DNA of 64,000 bases from Anthoceros angustus. Its lineage: Eukaryota; Plantae; Anthocerotophyta. Both the position numbers and the translations under genes were made by a program. The stretch lies in the NCBI GenBank assembly GCA_010909165.1, contig MU008165.1, forward strand, positions 124,001-188,000, read 5' to 3'. This document shows, piece after piece, positions 11,023 to 22,689 of this stretch (position 1 is the stretch's first letter; each line of letters begins with the position of its first letter). The notes beneath the pieces are model-generated. The model worked only from the letters and a program-made list of their open reading frames with translations. It was not told where the DNA came from and searched no databases.

Positions 11023-14000
11023 TCAGCTCAAATAGGTTGACAGCCATGGAGCCTCCGCGTCGTTAAGGAGAGCATAAGCAAGATCGTCACTGCGCGGAAT
11101 ACAAGGAAAGGGAAGTCAGATCTCCCAGCAGCGAGTTGGGTTGGAGGTTTGAAGGTCAGAGTGTCTCATCTGAGATTCACATACCTCGGGAAACCGAGTC
11201 GAAGCTTCGTGTCATCGTGTGAGTTTCCTGCTCTGTCGCAGATCAGGAGATGGCAAGCACTTAATCGCGCCCTGTGCATCTCACAAGCAGAGGGTGGCTG
11301 TGAGTCACTGCAATTGAATATCCATGGATGGTACAAGAAATGGGCGAGAACCGGTTGAGGTGGGAAGTGAGGCTCCTACCCAACTTGGGCTAGTTCCATG
11401 TTAGAAGGACAGACCTCTCCTTGCTCCTCGCACATAGTTGCACACGCTTCAAAAAGCTATTACATGGAACCAGGGTCAGATCAAGGAAGCTTTAACGCTA
11501 ATGCAGACCAGATTGAACGGCAAAGAAAAAGGACCTTTTCATATGTGGTTTGAGGAATGCTCGTCCTATTGTGCTCCGAAACTAAAGCAGCAAGGAAAAG
11601 CTTGGTGAGCTTGCCGTTGGTCCTGATAATCTGCGAGCAAAGGCAATGGAACATGTTCAGTGGCAGTTGAGAGGCATACATCGCGAGGAGAAGGAAGGAA
11701 GCAATTCCCCACCTTCATGACTTCAGTGTTGTACATCATTTCAATAGCTGCTTTCATGTCACTCAATTTTACAGATTTTGCATTGGAGGAACCAGAGGCA
11801 GAGGCTCGTTGTTCCGAATGTGTGAGAGCCTGTTGGCAGAGCTGCAGAGTGCGTTTCACATCTCCTCGCACTTTGTAAACCTGAACACAGGTGGCTAAAT
11901 GAGTATTTAGGAACTTGGAGTCAGGATGAGATGAATTCGTAGAACTTTCCTCCATAGCTCATTGCACTAGGCTCGAAAAGGTTTACCTCTCGTGCAGCAA
12001 GCTCAATTGCATTGGGTTCAAATGTATCAGCATTATCAAGCACATGGCGCACAATTCCTTCAACCTGCTTTTGGGAATATGAAGTGAGATGAATTTTCTG
12101 CACGCCAGTATGACTTGTTATCTCCGGCAGAGCCAATTCAGGCAGATCTTGTTTGTTTCCAATACCTGTGGAGCAAACTGGATGTTGAGCTTCATCCAAA
12201 GGGATTGGAGTTACAACAAGCAAAAAACGAAGACATTTGAACAAAAACAGTCCGATAGACAAGAGCCCAGCATTCCAGGGGGGCCTTAAGCAAGGCCGTG
12301 CTCTCAAGCCTGTACCTATCAGTATGAGCCGAGAGCGTGCCCGCAATGGCCACTCCAAAACTTTTTTCAGAACCTTCAAAACCGAAGCACAAAGATAGTC
12401 AAGGAATGACTGGCCGCACCAAAGGGAACACGAGTGCACCAACATTTACAGGCCCACAACTTACAGATTTCTCCTGTGTGACAAGAGCGTCAAGGCCATC
12501 AATCGACACCACAACAGGCTGCTGGTCACATCCACCATCTATTATCTCTGAGAATTTCTTGTCCAGTGCTGCTAGTGCCTTCTCCCAGGCCGATTTTTCC
12601 TCCTTCCCAGTCAGCTTCTCCAGGAGCAACTGCATAAGTTGATGGGAGGCGCCGGTATGTTACGCATTCTTGTCTTAATTGCTTCAACACTTTATGATTC
12701 TAACTGGCCCTCTAACCAGTTTTGCGTTGACGTACTTAAGCACTGCACTCACCATGTACACATGCTCCGGAAACCCAAGTCCACTGGCTACGATCTCCAC
12801 ATATTGGAATGGAGGAAGCACCTTTGTAGCAACCTTGGCTTGAAGGTCCCATATAACATGCTGGAGAACTGTCTTCTGCTCACAGTCGAATGCATACAGG
12901 TATCAGTGAACCCAACAACGCTTGGCAACACAATACAGCATTCCTGCACATTAGGACCCTACCTTTCCAGCGCCAGGGCCCCCACTGATGTACAAGCAGG
13001 TGCCTGAGCTGTGGTCGCTGGCTACCATAGCATCTGTTAGGATGGATTCAATTTGATGTTTTTGCCTGCAGCCACATGACAACATGACCAATTATGCCAG
13101 GTCTTGATGACTGTATGCAGATTTGTGAAAATAGACGAAACCTATCTGAACCTGGTTCTGTACAGAAGTTCCTTGAGGGCTCCGGGAGGTGTGAGAGGGG
13201 CCGCCTTCACATTGCCCACTTTTGGAGCATCAGGTTCTACAGCTTCGTCTGCTTCTTGTTCAACCGGCTGGGCGATGTGTGCCACAGTCTGTTCAACAGT
13301 GGGGGCAACGGCAACCTGCTCAGCATTTGTAGTTATCCCTGCCTTTGTGGCCTCAGTCTTCCCACCAGAGGAACCACTAACCCTTGAGGGGCTCGGACTG
13401 CCTGACTTGTAATCAGCTGCCTGCAGGATAAATGGCTCTTGAGGGACTGGATAAGGCGAAGACTGGAGTCTGGCTAATAGTTGCAAGGAAGAAGATATAT
13501 GTTCTCACCAGTTCTCTGGTGACAGTCTCCTTTCTCTTGGCAGCAGCTCCAGGTGATGACACTGTTACCCTTCTGGGACTCTTATTCAGCTTCTTCTTTT
13601 GCACGGTCTTCTTTATGACAGAGCATTCCTCTTTGTACTCAGGAGGACTCGTGAGTTTTGCACGTCCCCTCCTGTCCTGTTTAATTTTGTCATTGGAGGA
13701 TGGTCAGCGACAATGAAGAAATACGGGTTACCACAAAACAGCTGATAAGACCAGGCATCCACTAACTTTAAACCCATGCAACCATGACGTTCACTCTATG
13801 ACCACAGTAGAACTGCTTCTGTGTTTGCCTTACTCTGAAAGAATTCAAAGCTACTTCGCAGTCGAGGTCCGGAATGGGAGTCAGCTTCGTGGTATCAACA
13901 TCATACAAATACCGGCACATGAACACATCATCTCCTCCATTAACCTGCTTCCCAAACTCCGTAGGGCTCATAACCCAGCATTGCCGGTGTATCGATTCAA

Positions 14001-15466
14001 TCTATAGAACAAAAACCAAATTATCAGGAGGAACAGCTAACCAAATGGATTTCCTGTTCAGTGTGATCACGAGAACCATGCTGTAGAAGAGAAATGGCTG
14101 CGAAGGTCGACAGACTTACCTCGTTTTTGTCATGGTGGTTGGACAAGAAGAGCTCCCTACGTCCATGGTGAGGCAGCCTTCCCTTGGTTGTTTCTTCTGG
14201 GAGTACAAACCATTGTCCAGTGAATCGAACATGCCCATCCTCATTCCTCCAGATCCTGCAGGAAACAAAAAGCTTCAGAGAACAACCCAAGAGTATGCAG
14301 CACAGGACCACGACGCTCTTTGCAGGCCTGGAGAAGACAACGCTTCCGCAGATGACAGCTTAAAATGATCATGCCTACCTCCGAATGCGAGCCGCCCATA
14401 TTTCCCTGGCCAGAAAGCGTTCGCGAGTGGTCTTGCGTCGTGGAACAGGGGGCCTACCAGGTACCTGTCCTCCTCTCCTGTTTTTGGATTTCTTGCAACT
14501 TGCACAAAACCAATCTCCCTCTGGAACTGCCGACAATGGTGGATCGAGACATGTGAGGTGGTAACCTCCAAGGCAGTCATCGCACTCCAGTTTCTCTTGC
14601 TCATCAACAACACCGCAGATTTTGCAGTCCTCTATCTCCGCATCTGACTCCTCCGAACTCTCATGGCAGATGTCCTTCCTCTTGATATAAACGTCATCCC
14701 CGACAACAAAGTCCAGCCCTTCAAACTCCACCTCCTGCAAGTACTTCCTGCCTTTGGACGGTGAGCACTTCATCTTCTTAGAGTTTATGTCATTCTGCTC
14801 GTCCTCTTCACTCGCTCTTGCTTGAGCATTCTTGAGATACTCGGGTTTCTCCAAGGTGCACTTCCTCTTTCGCATCCCGAAGCCCCTCCTGCCCCCGAAA
14901 GCCTTTGCTGCTATTTGATCACCTGCATCCTGGCCCTGATCCTTATCCTTATTCTCCGCTCTTTCCTCACGACAGAAGCTGCCATCGGATGGTCCCCCCT
15001 CACCGTCAGAAGGCTCCTCTTGCTCTTGCTCCTGCTCCTGCCCCTCCTCGAAGCTGCTGCTGTGCTCCCAGTCCGAGGAGCTGTTTTTGTCAGGAGAGGA
15101 TCCTGTTTCAGCTTGCTCCTTGCGATGCTTGTTAGCGCTTGAGGATTTCTTGTGTCTGGAGGACCTGACGGCAGAATTCTTCTTCCTCTTAGCCCCACCT
15201 TTGGTCCCGCCTCCTGAATTCCCAGCGTAGTCAGATTCTTTGCACAGCTTCTGGACGACTCGCTCCACAGGTCTGCCACCCAGCCGAGAGACTCTCCTCT
15301 TGGTACTACCAGACGTACCTCCAATTTTCTCGAGCTTCTTGCTGATGTGCCCCACCTCGTCCGCAGGCGCAGACACGCTGGAAATGGAGGTGGGCGGCGT
15401 CTTGGGACATTCTCTGCGCTGCTGCTGGACTGCATCTAGTGCACCACCCACCTTCTTGGACGGCAT
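11023..15466 (-). CDS. ORC1: Origin recognition complex subunit 1-like (BAH/PHD, AAA+, winged helix; multi-exon)
   Basis: PHD (CKICG...ECDDCLGGYHLTCLDPPL...WFCASC) embedded in BAH (WFVLPEETTKGRLPHHGRRELF). Walker A ISGGPGAGK, GDVKRTLQLC, C-terminus LGFPSDDLAYAL...WLSTYLS*. Start codon uncertain. Confidence 0.88.
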
Positions 15467-15508
15467 AGCTACCTGGCTTGGCTCGGGTCGGGAAACCGCG
15501 CACACTGA

Positions 15509-16161
15509 TCAAACAATCACGGACCCGTGTTCCTGGCGGCAATCCACAAGAAATGCAGGTTCGCCAGCTCCCAGAGGATCAAGAATCAGCTCAAGTGCTG
15601 TCACCAGCAGCCAATTCTGGGCCAAGAATTGGTAGAGCCAGTCCTCGACAGCACGGGAAGCACCAATTTCTCTCTGGCATGCAACAATTACTCCAGCCAA
15701 ATTCCATGCATGCAACGCCACTTCTGGTTCAGCAAATGGGTCTCTGCTGGCGTCTGCACTGGGCTGGAAGACTGCAATAAATGCTGCTGCAGAAACAGAG
15801 CTCTGTGAAACGGGAAGAAGCCGGCAGGCAGTGTGCGAAAGCCCGGCGGCCGGACTACGGTTGCAAAAGAGATGGAAATTTGGGGAGTGACGACTGCACA
15901 CAACTCCACAGGCACTTGACAGCGGCTCCTGTCGAGTCCAGTTAGCTAAATGGGGCTCTAACCTAGGATTTTCAGCAGAGATAATTTCCAGAGAGTGATG
16001 TGTCTGTACGTGCTTGAGATGTGTACAGTTTGCAGTGACAGAGAAACCGGCGTTACGTCCCGTAGCCATCTTTCAGTCCTTCAGCACATCAGGCTCATCA
16101 ATGTTCTGACGTCGACCTATGCATTCTGCCTCGACACGAACCAAGGTTGTATCTAAGTACA
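15509..16161 (-). pseudogene. Fragment of an unidentified gene (also at about 25260-25896)
   Basis: Exon-like ORFs (MYLDTT...DEPDVLKDWKMATGRNAGFSVTANCTHL; VALHAWNLAGVIVACQREIGASRAV) are conserved between both copies and truncated at the duplication edge. No family recognised. Confidence 0.4.
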
Positions 16162-16389
16162 TCTCTATGTAGAATACAGCTCACGCTTATGAGTTGAGCT
16201 CAGATCAAGCACTCACTTATGACCTACCAGACCCTGGACAGATAATGGGCCTCTAATACTTTGTTGGAACAGAATCCCTTGGTGCGCCAGAATGGAAATG
16301 GAAGCGTCAAAGTGAACCTGACTTGAGTTCATAACGTTCATCATCCGTCATCCGCTTGCAAGCCCTGGCCACAGCTTGGAAGACCGACT

Positions 16390-16800
16390 ACGATGGTGCA
16401 GCCTCGGTGAAGTTGATGCTGCAGAAGCAGCAGCTGTGGGAACGGCTCCAGGTATTTGGTAAACCCGTCCTCTCCTCAGGATCTCGGTGACCATCCAGTG
16501 CTTCCTCTTGCTCAAGGGTCGTGTGGATTTGATCGGTACCTGCCAACACAAATGCGGTAGGTCATCAAGGCTTGTTACATAATCCGTAAGGTCAGTCACA
16601 CAGGCGAGTCTTAAGCCAAGTGCGGCAGAGCAGGGCAGGACAGCATAGGATAGGACAGACTCGTCGCCGAGCATTTTCCTCGTCGTGTGGCATGAACTTG
16701 CTGGTTTTTCTCACCACCTTGTGTCAGATAAACGCTCCACGGCCACCACCACCGACTTCTGCATCTTACTCGACAGCACCTTCCCCACAGTCGACTTCGT
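16390..16800 (-). pseudogene. uS17 pseudogene
   Basis: Copy of 26104-26557 with ATG>ACG and deletions/frameshift in exon 1. Confidence 0.85.
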
Positions 16801-17259
16801 TGCTTCGGCTGCTGATTCACGCTCCAGACATTTGAAAGCGGCTGTTTCACTCAAGCATACTGATTCACGCTCCACACCTAAGCCTCGGCAAGCGGCTGAT
16901 GCACGCTCGAAACAAACGCAAGTCTTTTCGTTTACATTAGGGCCGGGACCTGGAAGGGTGTGGTTTTGTAGGGTTTAAGCACCGTTTTCTGAATCCTACA
17001 GCACGCAAACATTTACAGGATTTGCTGTGTGCAAATGCGGAGGAATCCACACGAAGACGGCGGGCAAAGGAGCGGGAAGAGTGCGATCGAAGAACACATT
17101 TTGCCACGAGAAAATAATGGCGTCCCTGCCAGAAGGCCGTGATAGGTTTGCGGGTTTCATGGGAATTTGGCGGACATGTATTTGCAGAGCCTTGTCATTT
17201 CAGTGGCAGAGAAAGTTGTGTCCGAGTAGGTTTGCATCCCCCATATCAGTCAGGCATAT

Positions 17260-17530
17260 GCATCCAATCCAGCCATCCAGCCATCCATCCCAGCAGGATT
17301 CAAGCAACAGCACGGAAACAGAAGCACGAGGAGCGGAAGCAAGAAAAGCATCTGGTGCTCAACGCAGTCGTGCACGGCTGTGGGCAATCGAGCTGCATTG
17401 TCAGGACTCATGGCATCCAGCTGAAGCTTCACACCAACAGCCTGCAGCGTCTGAAAGGGAAGCAACTGCATTGTCCGGCCACATAGCATGTAGCTGAAAC
17501 TTCACACCATCAGCCTGCAACGTCTGAAAA
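17260..17530 (-). pseudogene. Inverted fragment of DJ-1/PfpI exon 2 plus intron
   Basis: [13 protein letters not shown]...TAVHD. Reverse complement similar to 49170-49370, including the intron ggatggatgg motif. Related pieces at about 27020-27105 and 27520-27890. Confidence 0.85.
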
Positions 17531-17859
17531 GAAATTAGCTACTAAGAAATTATGCGCGTACTATTTCTTGGTAGGAGGCGCGCAATCGATTCGTAGCAAT
17601 CCTCCTCCTCCGTGCGATCGGCGACAAGCTCTAGGTAGAGCGAGACAGATTCGAACTGCAGTCGTCGGGTTGTGAGGCTCCATGCTGACCGGGCTTTTAC
17701 AACAACAATAACTTTCTTTGCCCGATGAGTTCCATTACATATCTTAAGGATGCCCTGACTATGTAGTTGGGCATCCCGTTTCGGGCATGTGTTGCTGGGC
17801 TCATGCCTGGATATGGCATGCCCAGGCCGATTTCCCGGACATTTAAGCATCCTCAGCTT

Positions 17860-18010
17860 AGATCGGTACTTAGATGGGGTGCCTAAAGGGAGTGGATGCC
17901 CTTGGTGCAAGTAGCTTAGGCACACCATGGTATAAGTTGTTAAGTACCACTCCCATGACGGAAATCCGTCCTTAGTGTACTTAAATAAAATTCTTCTTCT
18001 TCTTCTTCTA
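17860..18010 (+). mobile_element. 3' end of a non-LTR retroelement/SINE with AATAAA and (TTC)n tail
   Basis: Ends aaataaaattcttcttcttcttcttcta. An inverted copy lies at 27623-27772. Confidence 0.65.
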
Positions 18011-18192
18011 GCCGAATCTAGGGGTGGTGCCCTTTGGTGAACCATCACATGACCCGTGGTTCATGTTTCATGGTCATGTCAATGAACGTGGGTTGAGTTA
18101 GCAGGTTTGTCACATGGTAGGTTGGTCACACACACCATATAACGTAGCACACCGAGGCAAAAACCGATGGTGCGGGTCTCCCCTCTTTCCTC

Positions 18193-18508
18193 GGTGGTGG
18201 CTTTCTTCTTACAGCGGGTATCCATCGCCCTGCAGAGCTGAGCGCCGGCCAACACTATTTACATGATGGCAGGTGGTGGCTTTCTTTCGACAGCGGGTAT
18301 CCATCGCCCTGCAGAGCTGAGCGCCGGCCAACACTATTTACATAATGGTAGGTGGTGGCTTTCTTTCGACAGTGGGTATCCATCGTCCTACAGAGCTGAG
18401 CGCCGGCCAACACTATTTACATGATGGCAAGTGGTGGCTTTCTTTCGACAGCGGGTATCCATTGCCCTGCAGAGCTGAGCGCCGACCAACACTATTTACA
18501 TGATGGCA
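18193..18508. repeat. Tandem repeat, about 79-bp unit x4
   Basis: Unit ggtggtggctttctttcgacagcgggtatccatcgccctgcagagctgagcgccggccaacactatttacatgatggca. Confidence 0.95.
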
Positions 18509-18514
18509 ACGAGC

Positions 18515-18665
18515 GCAGGAGACGTGGCTCATCGGCACCAATTGTAGATAAGCCTTTCCTCATCGCAGGAGACGTGGCTCATCGGCACCAATTGTAGGTA
18601 GGCCTTTCCTCATGGCAGGAGACATGGCTCATCGACACCAATTGTAGGTAGGCCTTTCCTCATCT
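18515..18665. repeat. Tandem repeat, about 50-bp unit x3
   Basis: Unit gcaggagacgtggctcatcggcaccaattgtaggtaggcctttcctcat. Confidence 0.9.
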
Positions 18666-18947
18666 CGGACCACGACATAATCGGGGCGGTAGGTAGCTTC
18701 GGGATTAGCATTCATAGGGTTAGCCCATGGCTCTTGGCCCTTTAGTGGGTTGTCCTCCCTCGGTTCGGGTAGATGGGTTTTCTTATCTCTTCTTTTTAAT
18801 AAAGACTCCATTGTTCGTTGGTATCACTCCTACCTGATGTATGACAAACAAACAAATGTGATACCCTAATGTGATATACTTGCCCTAATTTCCACCAATT
18901 TGAAATTGAATCTATGAGCAGTGTTCCTGAAAGCACCGCTCACGCTA

Positions 18948-19330
18948 GAATTCCGTCCTTGTGATGCTCGAGAGCGATCTGCCTCGAGGTCTGTCTGTTT
19001 GGCTGGTTCGCTGACTGGATGTCTATGTCACAATGCGTATGCTTCGAGGTTGAATTCAAGAAGGTGCCTTGTTGGAAGCTCCTAAGGAGCAACTGAAGCA
19101 CCGGCAAGAGTTTCCCTCGACTTCAGCAGGTCAGTTCCAGAGGAGGTTGGGAGTTACGCTGATGGAGCTCATTGTGGCAGTACAGGTCACTCAGACCACG
19201 GATTTCTTGGAATTGGCGGACGAGGAGGCATGACTCAATACCACCGTGCTTGGTAGCGATATCTTTGTTGGGAAGTGAGGGAAAAGTGGCTTGCTGAGTT
19301 CTTTGCTTGTCGTGGACCTTGGTGATCAAG
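18948..19330 (+). pseudogene. Inverted fragment of the 5' end of the ATP-citrate lyase A gene
   Basis: Reverse complement of about 48140-48643 (5' UTR, exons 1-2, introns). The ATG-containing segment is deleted. Confidence 0.9.
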
Positions 19331-19359
19331 TGACGGAATTCTAGCGGAATTCTAAAATA

Positions 19360-21040
19360 TTAGTTTCAAATAATTTTTACAAATGTTTTTAAAAAAATAA
19401 CCCAAAAATGGCTGTCGTTCTTGGGTTACGAAGTAAGTGTTAGACCTTCTATGCCCGAGTATCATTCAGATTATGGTATTTGGGTAAGGACTTCTACCTT
19501 CGGTTCTCTTGTCGAATATCTTCACCTAGGTGTACTTGAGGACTTATTTGCGGAGCCAATCGTTTACCCTCATATGGAAGATAATCTTTTGCACCCCACA
19601 TACAAGTCCTCAAGCACACCTGGGTGTAGATCGGCTACCTCAAACTTCACAATTGTAGTCCTCCTCCATTGTACATTGACATTCCAAGTAGATCGGCTAC
19701 CTCAAACTTCACAATTGTAGTCCTCCTTCATTGTACATTGACATTCCAAAGACACACTCTGGGCATAGCGAAGCGAATTTTAATAACGGTCATTGGGTTG
19801 TGAACGCCCCATGCTGATAGGGCTTTACTTGCCTAGGACACCCAATGGCTACTCAGTGTCGTATCAATATCAAGTATGTAGTTATCAAGGCAAGTAATTA
19901 TTAGTAAAAATGTAAAGTAATTTACATGATATATTTTAATTTGATTCTGATTCTTTGAAACTATATTATAAGTAACATTCTTACTTGTTCCATCATCCTA
20001 CCCGGTATGGTCCGTATTTTATTAGTATATATTTATGAGCCAATCGCTTACTTATGGAAGATAATCTTTGCACCCCACATACAAGTCCTCAAGCACACTG
20101 GTGTAGATCGCTACCTCAACTTCACAATTGTAGTCCTCCTCCATTGTACATTGACATTCCAAGTAGATCGGCTACCTCAAACTTCACAATTGTAGTCCTC
20201 CTTCATTGTACATTGACATTCCAAAGACACACTCGGGCATAGCGGTTTAATTTTAATAACGGTCATTGGGTTGTGAACGCCCATGTCGATAGGGCTTTAC
20301 TTGACACCCAATGGCTACTCAAAGGTCGTATCAATATCAAGTATGTAGTTATCAAGGCAAGTAATTATTAGTAAAAATGTAAAGTAATTTACATGATATA
20401 TTTTAATTTGATTCTGATTCTTTGAAACTATATTATAAGTAACATTCTTACTTGTTCCATCATCCTACCCGGTATGGTCCGTATTTTATTAGTATATATT
20501 TACAGTAAAAATTACCGTGAGCTCTTTTTCATACATTCAAGTCACCCAACTCCATAATTTAGAGTGAGCAAAACTCCAGGTAACAACTATTTACAGATAA
20601 CTTACTCGTTGTTAGAAATGTGTAATTTCTAACATTCACATTTAAAAACTATGATAACACAAAATATTAGTGCATTAGAACACTGACCACAATATTAGCG
20701 TACTAACAGACCTACCACAACCGTAAGACATCACGCTAACCCTCCGAGTAGGTCCGTCATCATATTAGGACTCACAAACAGCTCACCACGAAGCACTTGC
20801 TAAATGATTGTTATCTCAAAGTGCACACCCTAGATACATCGACGATATTCCCTTCGAGTTGTTGGCCTCTAACAACAAGTTTTTTTATAAGCCTCTAGAA
20901 ATATGGGTGTCTTTCTAGAAAGTGAGCTTTTTGTACAATTGGACCTTGGAGTTACAGAGCTTGAGTCAAACTTCTTTATGGAAGACTAGTTTCCATACTC
21001 ATGTTTGGGCCTCCGAGTTATAGAACTCAAGCTTTCAAGA
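19360..21040. repeat. Dispersed AT-rich repeat (probably TE-derived), also at about 28280-29540; contains an internal about 480-bp tandem duplication
   Basis: Shared blocks cacctaggtgtac..gaggactta..gcggagccaatcgtttaccctc and ctagtttccatac..atgtttggg..gagttatagaactc. Confidence 0.75.
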
Positions 21041-22689
21041 ACAAGCCTTGTTATAAGCTTCCTTTCTACAAATGCTAAGTTTTCACTTCTTCTAAATAGT
21101 GCATTCTCGCGTGCTTTTCCTTGAAAAACTAAACCTTGGCTTCCATATGTTTGGACCTTAGAGTTATAACTCAACTTTCTTCCTATAACTTCCTTTCTAC
21201 AACCATTGAGATAATTTCTCACTCCTTATTCTTGAAAGGCCAGGGATCTTTATCCTCTGCTAGGACCGCCCTTCCTCATTTTTCCTCGCTCCCCGAGGTT
21301 GGGCTGCATGGGCTTCAAGCGTCCCTCTTAGAGAAGCATTATGGGCAGGCACAACTGGTCCTTCTCCAAGATTCCTCCATTCCCAGGCCCACTCTAGCTC
21401 GCCTCCACTCTTGCTTGGGGAAGGGATGTCATGTGCAGATTGTGTTTTGTCGTAATAACTCAATATTTATAATTAATAAGTTAGTTAAATAAGTATTCAA
21501 TTACACTAACTTATAAAGGAGTCAGGATAACTTTCCAAGGTGGACTTGGCATCACGATGCATAATGGATTTTTCCACAAATAATTAGGAATTCTGTCAAG
21601 CAATCTAAGACACACAACAATCATCTATCTTCGCGGCATGCGGTGGGAGGTTTGGCTATTTAGGTGGCACCCACTAAATAGCACCCATCTTGAAGACACT
21701 AGTTGTAACTGGTCTTCCTTTGTGATTGCAATAAAGTGTTGCTTGCTATTGTGTGGATGCCTGGCTTTCAGCTCATTGATAGAATCGTGAATGACATAAC
21801 TGCAAGGATACTAGATTGTTAGGTTTGAGTTGTTTCCGGTTGTGGAAGTATGGATTCAACGAGGTTTCATCAAATACCAACTTGTAGCTACAACTGGTTT
21901 TGGGAGGAGGAACATGGCCGCAGTGACAGAAGTAACCAGCACTATTAGGTGAGTTCATGCAGTTTCATTTTTGGTCACTGGAGTTCCTTCGCAGTGCAGG
22001 TCTCGCATAGCATAAGTGTTCTGTGTTTGATGTTGTATCAGTGAGGCTAACGCAGAAAGCTTTATAGCCTAACACTTTTATGTTGGGTGGTAGAAATTTC
22101 AGAGTCATAGCTTTGGGCTCTTCACAACCATCTTGTTTTGCATATCTAGAGGACAAGCTATGATCTGAGCTTGTCCTCTAAATATCCTAAGAATACACTA
22201 TAATGTGCAAGGAATATCCACTTAGCTATCGCTAACTATGTTTAATGAACACTAATAAATGCTTAATTAACATAAGTGCTTTAGAATAATTAATACTAAT
22301 TGCTTACTTATATATAAGTAGTTAGATTAATTAACACTCATCAAATACTAAACCCAAGCGCTCAGATTAGTATCACAAGGCATGATATTTATCACACGAG
22401 GTAAGCACTTGCATTCATATGAGCACTTCCTTAACAAAAAACCAAGCAAAACAAATCCAATATGCAAATATAGGTGCAAACCAATCTCCCCCAAATAATG
22501 TGAGACTCCAAGTCAAAACGTTATCATTACTGCATCCGCTCATGTTTTTCTGACAAATTATATATATAAAGTGATGAGTGGAGGGCTGTCTTGAGCATCC
22601 TCATGCAGCATGTCCCATATGTCATCTACACTACTCTCTCCCCCCCAGCCGGTTGCTCGCCGTTTTCTTCTAATCTTCTTCGGCGATCT

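Larger units (their letters stand above)
15501..17540. repeat. Segmental duplication copy A (matches about 25256-27105 and 27540-27890)
   Basis: Colinear similarity from cacactgatcaaacaatcacggacccgtg through the uS17 gene to the DJ-1 fragment. Confidence 0.9.

Noticed and set aside
16790-16800. ACG start of the uS17 copy rescued by C-to-U editing
   Set aside because: Nuclear locus, and the copy also has frameshifting deletions.
18010-18050. Helitron 3' end (CTAG plus hairpin), also considered near 50877
   Set aside because: Hairpin is weak and no matching 5' TC end could be identified.
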